Shown: positions 55,156 to 62,929 of the stretch, in pieces | How positions within the stretch are numbered: position 1 is the stretch's first letter | Layout of the letters: the number at the start of each line of letters is the position of its first letter | Assembly (NCBI GenBank): GCA_964521005.1 | Contig: CAZFPT010000002.1 | Coordinates: 1 to 62,929, forward strand | From: an uncultured Planctomycetaceae bacterium | GTDB taxonomy: Bacteria > Planctomycetota > Phycisphaerae > SM23-33 | Length of the DNA stretch: 62,929 nt | Reading direction: 5' to 3' | The notes under the pieces: generated by a model | Told to the model about the DNA's origin: nothing | The model's input: only the letters and a program-made list of their open reading frames with translations | Databases searched by the model: none | Program-made: the position numbers and the translations under genes

Positions 55156-57336
55156 TTACTCCGACGCGTCGGCGGGGGTCATCGCCGAGACGCCGGCGGC
55201 ATTTCCGGCGATCCATCGGCCGCGATGGATCAGCAGGTTGCCCACGAGCATGCCTTCGAGGCGTTTGATCTCGCCGGTGACGCCCCCCTCGGCAGGGTCG
55301 ATCGTGACCCACCCCGTTCCGTCGCGTCGGCTGAAGTGCGCTGCCCCGGGCACACAGATGGGCCGACCGAACACAGCCGGCTTGTCGTGCTTCGCCCGGC
55401 GTTTCCCGTCGCCGGCGCGGATCACCTGTACCCCGTCGCCGTACAGCGCCACGCTGCCGGCCCCGATGGCGGCGACGTACTGGGCGCTGCCCCGCTTGAC
55501 CCGCCAGAGCACCTGCCCGGTGCGCATTTCGATCCCGAGCAACTCCTCGCCGTCCTGGGGAAGCACCACTGCGACCCCGTCGACCACCACCGGCGGCACC
55601 ATCGGGCGAGCTTTTTTCGAGGCGTCCACGCCACGGGTCCGCGTCGGGTCGGTGAAGTGGCTGGCGTACTGCAGCACCCACCTCCGTCGACCGTCGTCCT
55701 TCGAGCAGCACACCACAGCCCCGGCGTTGGTGCATATCAGGAGCGAATCGCCCGAGACGATCGGCGTCCCCACAGCCGCGTATATGTGAGGCTGCAGGTG
55801 CGCCACCGGCCTGGGCGGACCTTGCGTCAGCGTGCGAACCCATCGCACCCGACCCGTTTCTCCGGAGAGAGCGTACAAAAGGAAGCCGTGCAGCCCCTCG
55901 GAATAGGCCACGCCATAGACCTTTCCGCCATCCGCAGCCACGGGCGAGACCATCGCCACCGACGTCAGTTCCTCCGGCGGGTTCTCGCCGTGGGGATCGA
56001 TCCGCCACAGTTCCTTGCCGGTTTCGGCGTCCAGTGCCGCCAGCACCGACGTGGTCGCGTAGCCTTCGACGCGGGGCTTCTGCTGGCCGGGCCGGGTCGA
56101 TGGCAGCAGCAACGGAGGGAGAAAATCGCCCCGGGCGTAGAGTCGCCCCTTGCCGAGCGTCAGGCGATAATGGCCTTCGTCGGTCAACCAGCTCATCCCA
56201 TACCGTCGCAACCCCCTCAGCCGTCGCTCCATGGGCAGGGGCTTGCTGGTCCAGACGGCCTTGCCGGTGGCGACGTCGAGGGCCACGACGCGATCGTTCG
56301 TGCGATAGTACACCATTCCGCTTCGCGCCAGCGGGTGGATGAACGTCGGCAGCGAGTACGTCAGCCGCTTGCTCCGGCGGAGACTGAAGAGGCTCAGACG
56401 CACCTGCCCGCCAACGAACTCCGCCTGGTACTTGGCGTGCTCCGGCGGCGAGACCGCCCTGCCCCAGCCGAACCGCGTGGGCAACGACGCCGCCAGCTTC
56501 GCTCCGCCGGTCTTGGGGCTGGGGGCTGTGCTCCAGGCGAGCGTGTCGCCGGCGGGCGCCTCGCCCATCAGGCACCATCCGTCGAGGACGGCCCCGGGGC
56601 CGGGCCAATCGGTTCGCGTCGTCGCGGCAAGCGTCGCAGCCGGTCTGGCCAGCAGCGCCCGGACCGCCGGCAGCAGGGCTTGTCGCTTGGCGGCGATGGT
56701 CCCCCTGACCGAGGCGTGGTGTTTGCTCAGCCGCGTGATGGCTGCGTTGGCGTCGTCGGCCAGGCCGGCCAGGTGAAACGCCACCGCCGCCTGCGCCAGC
56801 CACTGCGCGCTGTCGTTGGCGTCGGTCGAGCGGTCCGCCAGCGACGCCCAGCACCGCCCCGCGACGGCGGGTCGGCCCCGGTCGAGCTGGATCGCCGCCC
56901 AGTGCGACCTCGCCTGGCGGGAGGCCTCGGTGCCCGGGTAGCTCCGCCCCGCGGCAAGGAACGCCTCGCCCGTACCGCTGCGTTTCGCCTTGGTCAGCAG
57001 CGCGTCGGCCGACTTGGCGTACATCTGCCGGTACTTCGCCCGTACCGCTGTTCCGGCCTGGTCGAGAATCGCCTCCCCCGCCAGGTCGGGCGCCACGTAC
57101 CGTCGACCACCGGAGAGCTGAACGAGCGAGAATTCGTCGGTTTCGACCAGATCCTGAACGGTCTGGGCCGCCGCCGTCACGCCGTGGTTCGCCATCGCCC
57201 GTCGCACCACGTCAACCAGCAAGTCCATCGGGCGGGAGTCGGAAACCAGCGTGCCGGGGGGTGTTTGCCCCCAACCCTGCACGCACAGCGCCAGCAGAAC
57301 CGCCCCAGCCGCCATCCATCGTCGTCGATCGCTCAT
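55156..57336 (-). CDS. PQQ-like beta-propeller repeat protein with N-terminal helical (TPR-like) region, secreted
   Basis: Signal peptide MSDRRRWMAAGAVLLALCVQGWG. Repeated propeller blades are visible (GKAVWT, GKELWRI, GRVRWV, GQVLWRV). The competing long ORFs on both strands are Arg/Gly/Pro-rich shadows. Confidence 0.7.
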   Translation of the reverse strand: MSDRRRWMAAGAVLLALCVQGWGQTPPGTLVSDSRPMDLLVDVVRRAMANHGVTAAAQTVQDLVETDEFSLVQLSGGRRYVAPDLAGEAILDQAGTAVRAKYRQMYAKSADALLTKAKRSGTGEAFLAAGRSYPGTEASRQARSHWAAIQLDRGRPAVAGRCWASLADRSTDANDSAQWLAQAAVAFHLAGLADDANAAITRLSKHHASVRGTIAAKRQALLPAVRALLARPAATLAATTRTDWPGPGAVLDGWCLMGEAPAGDTLAWSTAPSPKTGGAKLAASLPTRFGWGRAVSPPEHAKYQAEFVGGQVRLSLFSLRRSKRLTYSLPTFIHPLARSGMVYYRTNDRVVALDVATGKAVWTSKPLPMERRLRGLRRYGMSWLTDEGHYRLTLGKGRLYARGDFLPPLLLPSTRPGQQKPRVEGYATTSVLAALDAETGKELWRIDPHGENPPEELTSVAMVSPVAADGGKVYGVAYSEGLHGFLLYALSGETGRVRWVRTLTQGPPRPVAHLQPHIYAAVGTPIVSGDSLLICTNAGAVVCCSKDDGRRRWVLQYASHFTDPTRTRGVDASKKARPMVPPVVVDGVAVVLPQDGEELLGIEMRTGQVLWRVKRGSAQYVAAIGAGSVALYGDGVQVIRAGDGKRRAKHDKPAVFGRPICVPGAAHFSRRDGTGWVTIDPAEGGVTGEIKRLEGMLVGNLLIHRGRWIAGNAAGVSAMTPADASE

Positions 57337-57586
57337 GCCCGAACGTGTCTCCCTTCGTCGCGGCGTCGCGAAGCCCGTCGGCCTCCGCGTATGTACAGTA
57401 GACGCCTGCCGACCGGCGAAGTTCAAGCGCCGAAAACTGATCCCCCCTGCGCAAGTGCAGATACTCATGGTTGCGATGAGCGCACCGTCGGGTACCAGAA
57501 GAGAAGCGAGCTGACTCGGCGATGCTGGACTTGACGTCCCGGCCGTCTACAATGCTCCTCACGAGGCAGTTTTCCCGGGAGCAATC

Positions 57587-58279
57587 ATGAGCAGACGAGC
57601 GGTAATCTTTGACATGGACGGCGTGCTGATCGACAGCTACGACGCCCACCTCAAATCGTGGATGCGGATGGCGGAGAATCGCGGGCTGAAGATGACCGAG
57701 GAAATGTTCGCCTCGTCGTTCGGCCAAACGAACCGGACGATCATCCCCCAGCATTGGCCCGAGTGCGACGATCCGCAGACCGTCCAGGCCATCAGCGACG
57801 AGAAAGAGGCAGCCTTTCGGGAGATTCTCCACGAGGACTTCCCGGAGATGCCCGGCGCGGGCGACCTGCTGAGGCGGCTGGGCGAGGCGGGGTTTGCGCT
57901 GGCGGTCGGCTCGTCGGGGCCGACCGAGAACGTCGAGGCGGTGCTGGAGGAGCTTCCCGAGGCGGGGCGCATTTCCGCGAGGGTCACCGGAAGCGATGTG
58001 TCTCACGGCAAGCCGCACCCGGAGGTGTTTCTTACCGCCGCCGAGAAGCTGGGAATCGCCCCGGACGACTGTGTGGTAGTGGAAGACGCCTCCGCCGGCG
58101 TGGAGGCGGCCCGTCGGGCGGGGATGGCGTGCATCGCCCTGACCGGGACCACGTCGGCCGAGGTGCTCCAGCAGCACGGCGCCCACCGCGTGGTGGACAC
58201 GCTGGCGGTCATCACGCCGACCGGCGTGACGCGGGCCATTGACGAGAACAAGGCACAGACGAGGAAGGAATCGCGATGA
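57587..58279 (+). CDS. HAD family hydrolase (beta-phosphoglucomutase-like)
   Basis: Motif I VIFDMDGVLIDS, GSSG, KPHPEVFL and VVEDASAGVEAA. Confidence 0.85.
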   Translation: MSRRAVIFDMDGVLIDSYDAHLKSWMRMAENRGLKMTEEMFASSFGQTNRTIIPQHWPECDDPQTVQAISDEKEAAFREILHEDFPEMPGAGDLLRRLGEAGFALAVGSSGPTENVEAVLEELPEAGRISARVTGSDVSHGKPHPEVFLTAAEKLGIAPDDCVVVEDASAGVEAARRAGMACIALTGTTSAEVLQQHGAHRVVDTLAVITPTGVTRAIDENKAQTRKESR

Positions 58280-59643
58280 GTGCGATACGTGAGCCCGCCC
58301 GACAGACGCCGGTGGTGGACGAGTGTGACGTATGCGTGATCGGTGGCAGCTGCACGGGGCTGTTCGCGGCGATCCGGGCTGCCCAGCAGGGCGCGCGGGT
58401 GGTGCTGGTGGAGAACAACCCCACCCTCGGCGGGATGGCGACGGCCGGCCTGGTGACGATATGGCACAGCCCGAGCGATACCGTCGGCAGCAAGCGGATC
58501 ATCGCCGGGCTTACCGAGGAAACGGTTGATCGACTCGCCACGCGCAAGGCGGTGATGGTGAACCCCAACCCCTCTGCCGACTGGGGCTATCGCCTCAACC
58601 CGTGGGAGCTGGCGGTGGAGCTGGACACGATGGCCGGCGAGGCCGGCGTGAAACTCCGACTCAACACGCGCCTGGTAGACGTGGCCATGCGCGACGGCCA
58701 GGCCGAGGCCGCCATCATCGAAGACAAGAGCGGCCGACGTGCCATCGCCGCCCGGACGTTCATCGACGCCACCGGTGACGGCGACCTGCTCGTCCGCGCC
58801 GGACTGGGCACCCGCCTCCTGGACGATCTCCAACCTCCGACGATGGTCTGCTGGCTGCAGGGCCTGGCGAAGCTGCGCCAGACGGATCCGGACTTCGACC
58901 TGGCCGAGGCGGTCCACGACCCGTCGCATCCCAAGGCGCTGAAGCAGGGCTTTCTGTGGGGCACGCAACTGCCGGGGCTGGACGACCTGTACATGGTCGC
59001 CGGCACACGCGCCCACGGGGCCAACTGCGCCGACGCCGACGAGCTGACCGCAGCCACCATCGAGACGCGTCGCCAATGTCGCGCGATCCGCGATATCGTC
59101 GCGGACCTGCCCGGGGGCCAAGACGTGGCGCTGGCGACGCTGGGCCACATGATCGGCATCCGCGAGACGCGCCACGCCGAGTGTCTCCACACGCTCACCG
59201 AACAGGAGGTGCTCACCGGCAAGCGGTTCCCGGACGCCATCGCCAACGGATCCTACCGCGTGGACGTGCATCACAGCGAACGCTCGGGGCTGACATTCCG
59301 CTACCTCGACGGACGCGAGGAATACGTCGAGCCCGGCCAGCCTCGCCAGGTCGGCCGATGGCGAGACCCCCTGCCCGACGGCCAGGGCGACCCGACGTTC
59401 TACCAGATCCCCTACCGATCGCTGGTTCCCCGTGGCGGCCGAAATGTGCTGACGGCTGGGCGGCTCGTCGACTCCGACCGCGGCGCGTACGGAGCGATCC
59501 GCGTGATGGTCAACTGCAACCAGACCGGCGAAGCCGCCGGCGTGGCAGCGGCACTGGCGGCAGAGCGAGGCCGTGCTGTTGCCGACGTGGATCCCGGCAG
59601 GGTCCGCAAGATCCTCTCCGAGCGGGGCGCTATCATTCTGTAG
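58276..59643 (+). CDS. FAD-dependent oxidoreductase (FAD_oxidored-type)
   Basis: N-terminal dinucleotide fold CDVCVIGGSCTGLFAAIRAAQQGARVVLVE. ATGA overlap with the HAD gene. Confidence 0.75.
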   Translation: MSAIREPARQTPVVDECDVCVIGGSCTGLFAAIRAAQQGARVVLVENNPTLGGMATAGLVTIWHSPSDTVGSKRIIAGLTEETVDRLATRKAVMVNPNPSADWGYRLNPWELAVELDTMAGEAGVKLRLNTRLVDVAMRDGQAEAAIIEDKSGRRAIAARTFIDATGDGDLLVRAGLGTRLLDDLQPPTMVCWLQGLAKLRQTDPDFDLAEAVHDPSHPKALKQGFLWGTQLPGLDDLYMVAGTRAHGANCADADELTAATIETRRQCRAIRDIVADLPGGQDVALATLGHMIGIRETRHAECLHTLTEQEVLTGKRFPDAIANGSYRVDVHHSERSGLTFRYLDGREEYVEPGQPRQVGRWRDPLPDGQGDPTFYQIPYRSLVPRGGRNVLTAGRLVDSDRGAYGAIRVMVNCNQTGEAAGVAAALAAERGRAVADVDPGRVRKILSERGAIIL

Positions 59644-59673
59644 GGCAACGGTGACAGCTGCCGGGAGGACGAC

Positions 59674-60414
59674 GTGGATTTCTACGACAGCCTGGCTGGA
59701 CAATACGACACGCTGGTCGCCCAGCGGCAGCGGACCGAGGCGGTGGAGCAGTTCGTCTCGCGCCTCCTGGAGCGATACGACGTGCATTCTGCCGTCGATG
59801 CCGCCTGCGGGACCGGTCTATACGCACGGGCCCTGGCGCGGCGGGGCGTGGAAGTCACGGGGATCGACCTCTCCGAGGCGATGCTCGCCGAGGCCCGGGC
59901 GTCGGACGAAGAGGTCCGCTGGGTGCACGGAGCGATGCAGGACGTCGCCGGCCGACTCACCGTCGGCGGGTTCGAGGCGGTCCTGTGCATGGGCAACTCG
60001 CTGCCGCACCTGCTGACGCGACCGGAGCTGCAGAAGACCTTCGACGGATTCGCCCGCGTACTGGCCCCCGGCGGCGTGGCGGTGGTGCATCTGCTGAACT
60101 ACACCAGGCTGCTCACGCGGCGCGAGCGGGTTGTGGGAATCACGCGCGACGGCGACAAGGAATTCGTGCGGTTCTACGATTTCACCGACCCGACGCTGCG
60201 GTTCAACGCCCTCGAGATCGACTGGAGCACCACACCTCCCAGCCATCAACTGCACGCCACCACGCTGCTGCCCTGGCAGGAGAACGAACTGGCTGCCGCC
60301 TTCCGCCAGGCGGGGCTCGAACGCATCGAGACGTTCGGCGACCTGGAGTTCGGGCCATACCACCCCAACGAGTCGGACGTGCTGATGATCGTCGCCCACG
60401 CGCCGCAGGCATGA
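59674..60414 (+). CDS. class I SAM-dependent methyltransferase
   Basis: GGGAGGA RBS and a GTG start. Motif I VDAACGTGLYARALARRG, and post-I IDLSEAM. Confidence 0.8.
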   Translation: MDFYDSLAGQYDTLVAQRQRTEAVEQFVSRLLERYDVHSAVDAACGTGLYARALARRGVEVTGIDLSEAMLAEARASDEEVRWVHGAMQDVAGRLTVGGFEAVLCMGNSLPHLLTRPELQKTFDGFARVLAPGGVAVVHLLNYTRLLTRRERVVGITRDGDKEFVRFYDFTDPTLRFNALEIDWSTTPPSHQLHATTLLPWQENELAAAFRQAGLERIETFGDLEFGPYHPNESDVLMIVAHAPQA

Positions 60415-60433
60415 CTCCTGCTGGGGCGGCGCT

Positions 60434-60829
60434 TTACCCCGTGATGTCGTCGAAGGCGGAGGTCTTCAGCTCGGCCGCCCCGCAGTAGAGGCATTTGCGG
60501 TGCCGTGGGGACATGGTCCGCCCGCACTTGACGCACTTGCTGACGGTCTGGGTGACCTTTCCGTCCTCGATGCCGTCGGCCAGGTCGATCGCCTTGACGC
60601 GGGCCATGAGGTCCTCCTCGGTGAGTCCGGTTTTCTCCTGGATGAGCGACCACATCGCCAGCGAGACCAGCGAGAGTTTCTCCAGGCGATCTTCCAGGAC
60701 CTCCATGCTGGAGCTGACTTCCTTCTCGCGGCGTTGGCTCACCTCGCGTGCGGCCCGGTCCATGGAATCCATGGCGTTGCGCGCTGCCCGCTGGAACTGA
60801 TATCCTCCGAGGAATCCGCCCATGCTCAT
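60434..60829 (-). CDS. small hypothetical protein with C-terminal zinc ribbon
   Basis: AAAGGA RBS. CVKCGRTMSPRHRKCLYCG carries two CxxC pairs. It is the last gene of the dapF-led minus-strand run. Confidence 0.55.
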   Translation of the reverse strand: MSMGGFLGGYQFQRAARNAMDSMDRAAREVSQRREKEVSSSMEVLEDRLEKLSLVSLAMWSLIQEKTGLTEEDLMARVKAIDLADGIEDGKVTQTVSKCVKCGRTMSPRHRKCLYCGAAELKTSAFDDITG

Positions 60830-60860
60830 GTGGTCGTCCTTTCGCGCGTGTGGGTCAGGG

Positions 60861-61706
60861 TTACTTGCCGTCCAGCGACGCCTTGCTCCGCGTGCGCTGC
60901 AGCTCGACGTTCGAGCCGCGATTCTCCAGGATGGACAGCGAAATGTCGATGCACTCGCGGGCTTCGTCGGGCGTCATGCAGCCGACGGCGACGCAGTCGA
61001 TCGGTCGAAGCGTCGCCCAGCTGAACGCCAGGCCCACCAGCGGAAGCAACCGACCGGCCGCCAGGGGCTTGATGGTAATCACCGGGTTCTTTCGTTCCCA
61101 GATCATCCGGTGGACCCAGTCGACCTCGATCTGCATGAGGAAGCCCGCGGCGTTGTAGATCTGGATGTAGGTTTCCACGTCCGCGCCGCTTTCGTCGGCG
61201 TAGATGGGCGTCTCGGGCATGTGCGTGGAGAGGCCCGGAATCATCCCGCGCTGGCGGATCATCGGTGCGTAGCGGTCGAGGTTGCGGATGGTCCGGGTGC
61301 GACGGTCCACCAGGGCGTCGGTCGAGGCCTGGTGGGGCATGCACAGCGTCGCGCCGAACTCGGCGTGGGCGTCGAACGTGCGGGCGACCTCGTCGAACGC
61401 CTCGGGCTGGTCGCCGACGTTCAGGTGCGGCGTGGCGATTCCGATGATCCCCCTGCCGACGCGGTCTTCGGCGATCCGGGCGGCCTCCTGCAAGTGGGGC
61501 GCCTCGGGGCGAACGCCGAACATGGTATCCACGCCCGCCCGCAGGAACACCTCCAGAACGTCGGCGATGCGCCGGGGCGACATGTGGGCCTTGATGAACT
61601 CGTCCTTCGCTTTGGACGTGTGCGAAAAACCCAGGAACCAGTTGCTGCCGATGATCAGACGCGAAACACTCGCGCCGCCGATGTCGGTTCGCGGAAAGTC
61701 ACCCAT
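60861..61706 (-). CDS. conserved-looking hypothetical protein (281 aa)
   Basis: AGGAAGGA RBS and balanced composition (MGDFPRTDIGGASVSRLIIGSNWFLGFSHTSKAKDEF...). No family recognised. Confidence 0.6.
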   Translation of the reverse strand: MGDFPRTDIGGASVSRLIIGSNWFLGFSHTSKAKDEFIKAHMSPRRIADVLEVFLRAGVDTMFGVRPEAPHLQEAARIAEDRVGRGIIGIATPHLNVGDQPEAFDEVARTFDAHAEFGATLCMPHQASTDALVDRRTRTIRNLDRYAPMIRQRGMIPGLSTHMPETPIYADESGADVETYIQIYNAAGFLMQIEVDWVHRMIWERKNPVITIKPLAAGRLLPLVGLAFSWATLRPIDCVAVGCMTPDEARECIDISLSILENRGSNVELQRTRSKASLDGK

Positions 61707-61746
61707 GGTGCGTCCTTCCTGTGCCCGCAGGCACGGAGGAGAAATG

Positions 61747-62595
61747 TCAATCGTTCGGCCAACTGCCCGTATAGACCTCCGTCGCCGGGCCGGTCATCAG
61801 GACGTGTCCGTCGTGCTCGCGCCATTCCAGGGTAAGGTCCCCGCCGGGCAGGTGGGCGGTAATGATCCGTCCGCCTCTGCCGGTGAGCACCCCCGCCACG
61901 CAGACGGCCGAGGCGCCGGTCCCGCAGGCGAGCGTCGGTCCGCTGCCCCGCTCCCAGACGGCCATCGTGACCTCCTCGGGCGAATGCACCTGCACGAAAT
62001 GGGCGTTCACGCGGTTGGGGAACGCCTCGTGCCTCTCGATGGCAGGGCCCCACTCAGCCAGCGGGATCGCCGAAGCGTCGGGCACGTACGTCACGGCGTG
62101 AGGATTGCCCATCGACACGCAGGTGACCTCGAACGTTTCACCGGCGGCGGTGATCGGCGCGTCGACGACAGCCTCGTCCTTCGTGGCAGCCAGTGTGGTG
62201 GGGACCTCGGCGGGCGCGAGAATGGGCTTGCCCATGTCCACCGTCGCCCCGGAGACCACCCCGTCGGCATTGAGCTGCAGTTCGAGCGTCATGATGCCCG
62301 CCAGTGTCTCGACGGTCAGCGGGTTCCTTCGCGATCGGCCATGATCGTGGACGTACTTGCCCACGCAGCGGACGGCGTTGCCGCACATCTCGCCTTCCGA
62401 GCCGTCAATGTTGAACATCCGCATGCGGACGTCGGCCTTCTCGGAGGGAAGAATCAGCACCAGCCCGTCGCCGCCCACGCCGAAGTTGCGGTCGCTGATT
62501 TTCCTGGCCAGGGAGGCAGGGTCTTCTACCGACTGCTCGAAGCAGTCGACGTAGACGTAATCGTTGCCGGCCCCATGCATCTTGGTGAATTCCAT
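61747..62595 (-). CDS. dapF: diaminopimelate epimerase
   Basis: MEFTKMHGAGNDYVYVD, with catalytic Cys motifs EMCGNAVRC and LACGTGASA. AAAGGA lies 7 nt before the ATG at 62595. The ORF extension to 62736 runs into the repeat. Confidence 0.92.
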   Translation of the reverse strand: MEFTKMHGAGNDYVYVDCFEQSVEDPASLARKISDRNFGVGGDGLVLILPSEKADVRMRMFNIDGSEGEMCGNAVRCVGKYVHDHGRSRRNPLTVETLAGIMTLELQLNADGVVSGATVDMGKPILAPAEVPTTLAATKDEAVVDAPITAAGETFEVTCVSMGNPHAVTYVPDASAIPLAEWGPAIERHEAFPNRVNAHFVQVHSPEEVTMAVWERGSGPTLACGTGASAVCVAGVLTGRGGRIITAHLPGGDLTLEWREHDGHVLMTGPATEVYTGSWPND

Positions 62596-62649
62596 GAGAG
62601 CATCCTTTCGCGAACCGATCATAGCACGACGAGGCAGGAAGGTCCAATC

Positions 62650-62929
62650 GCCTCGCCCGTGCGACGTTTGAAGCCCCATGGTGAGCGCAGCGAACCGTGG
62701 GGGTAGAGAAGCGAAAATCCAAATTCCAAACCACAAGCTCCAAGGAGTGATCGTCCCGCATCGACCGGCGATTGCGCCCGCAACAAGTTGCGAGCCCTAC
62801 GGCCGACCGAGCCCCAAACCAAGGGGTGCCCCGGTTTGTGCAGCGAGCCCAAGCGAGCTGAGCAACCGGGTTGCTCCGGATCGCGCTCCAGCTAGTGGTC
62901 GGACATCGCAGCAACCGGGTTGCTCCGTT
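62650..62929 (-). repeat. mosaic intergenic repeat locus 3 (modules D-B-C read on the minus strand; truncated by the window end)
   Basis: The reverse complement of 62650-62765 aligns with module C (22605-22716). 62766-62810 aligns with module B (palindrome at 62780-62791). 62811-62929 aligns with module D (27105-27222), with two GCAACCGGGTTGC palindromes at 62862-62874 and 62911-62923. Confidence 0.85.

Noticed and set aside
1-62929. tRNA, rRNA, tmRNA, RNase P, transposase, integrase or phage genes.
   Set aside because: Visual scanning of all intergenic regions found no T-loop-like GGTTCGAxTCC, no rRNA-like stretch and no recognisable mobile-element ORF. A covariance-model scan (tRNAscan-SE/Infernal) would be needed to be certain.

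Overview
This is a GC-rich bacterial chromosome segment. The gene content, a prepilin-leader/DUF1559-type protein, a PilM-to-secretin operon and many lipoprotein-type hypotheticals suggest Planctomycetota, possibly Phycisphaerae-like; that assignment is inference only. I can support about 50 CDS, mostly housekeeping.

Housekeeping genes, in window order:
- polysaccharide ABC exporter (Wzm/Wzt-like), transketolase, TrpG/PabA amidotransferase, pheT
- a Cache-type MCP, mutS, hflX
- Gfo/Idh/MocA oxidoreductase, WcaJ-like priming glycosyltransferase, mnmE
- a YbaK-like deacylase, hpt, yjbQ, a TIGR03960-like radical SAM protein, a PyrK-like reductase
- the run argH-thiL-tsaE-argB-argF-rph-(lipoprotein)-rdgB
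- mtaB, a PQQ-propeller protein, HAD/FAD-oxidoreductase/methyltransferase genes, dapF

I found no rRNA, tRNA, CRISPR array, transposase or integrase by eye.

Stretches that look non-ordinary:
1. A small AT-richer cassette right after hflX. It encodes a SocA/Panacea (DUF4065) antitoxin-like protein translationally coupled to a 129-aa protein with a MazF/PemK-like motif order. It has its own TTGTCG-18-TATAAT promoter.
2. Immediately downstream, three tandem and strongly diverged paralogs of a YkgJ-type Cys-cluster protein. The first has lost the CxxCC half-site and gained an N-terminal 4-Cys patch.
3. A modular (BIME/REP-like) mosaic repeat family at three intergenic loci. It carries perfect hairpins, GCAAC..GTTGC palindromes and one compensatory base-pair swap in a GAAA-capped stem.
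4. A PilM/N-fusion, PilO-like, 598-aa, TPR-secretin operon in which two proteins share an 'RRSPxIGRED' charged motif.
5. An orphan sigma70-like promoter pointing into a convergent intergenic region, which is a candidate small RNA.

All product calls rest on motif recognition by eye. No database search was run.
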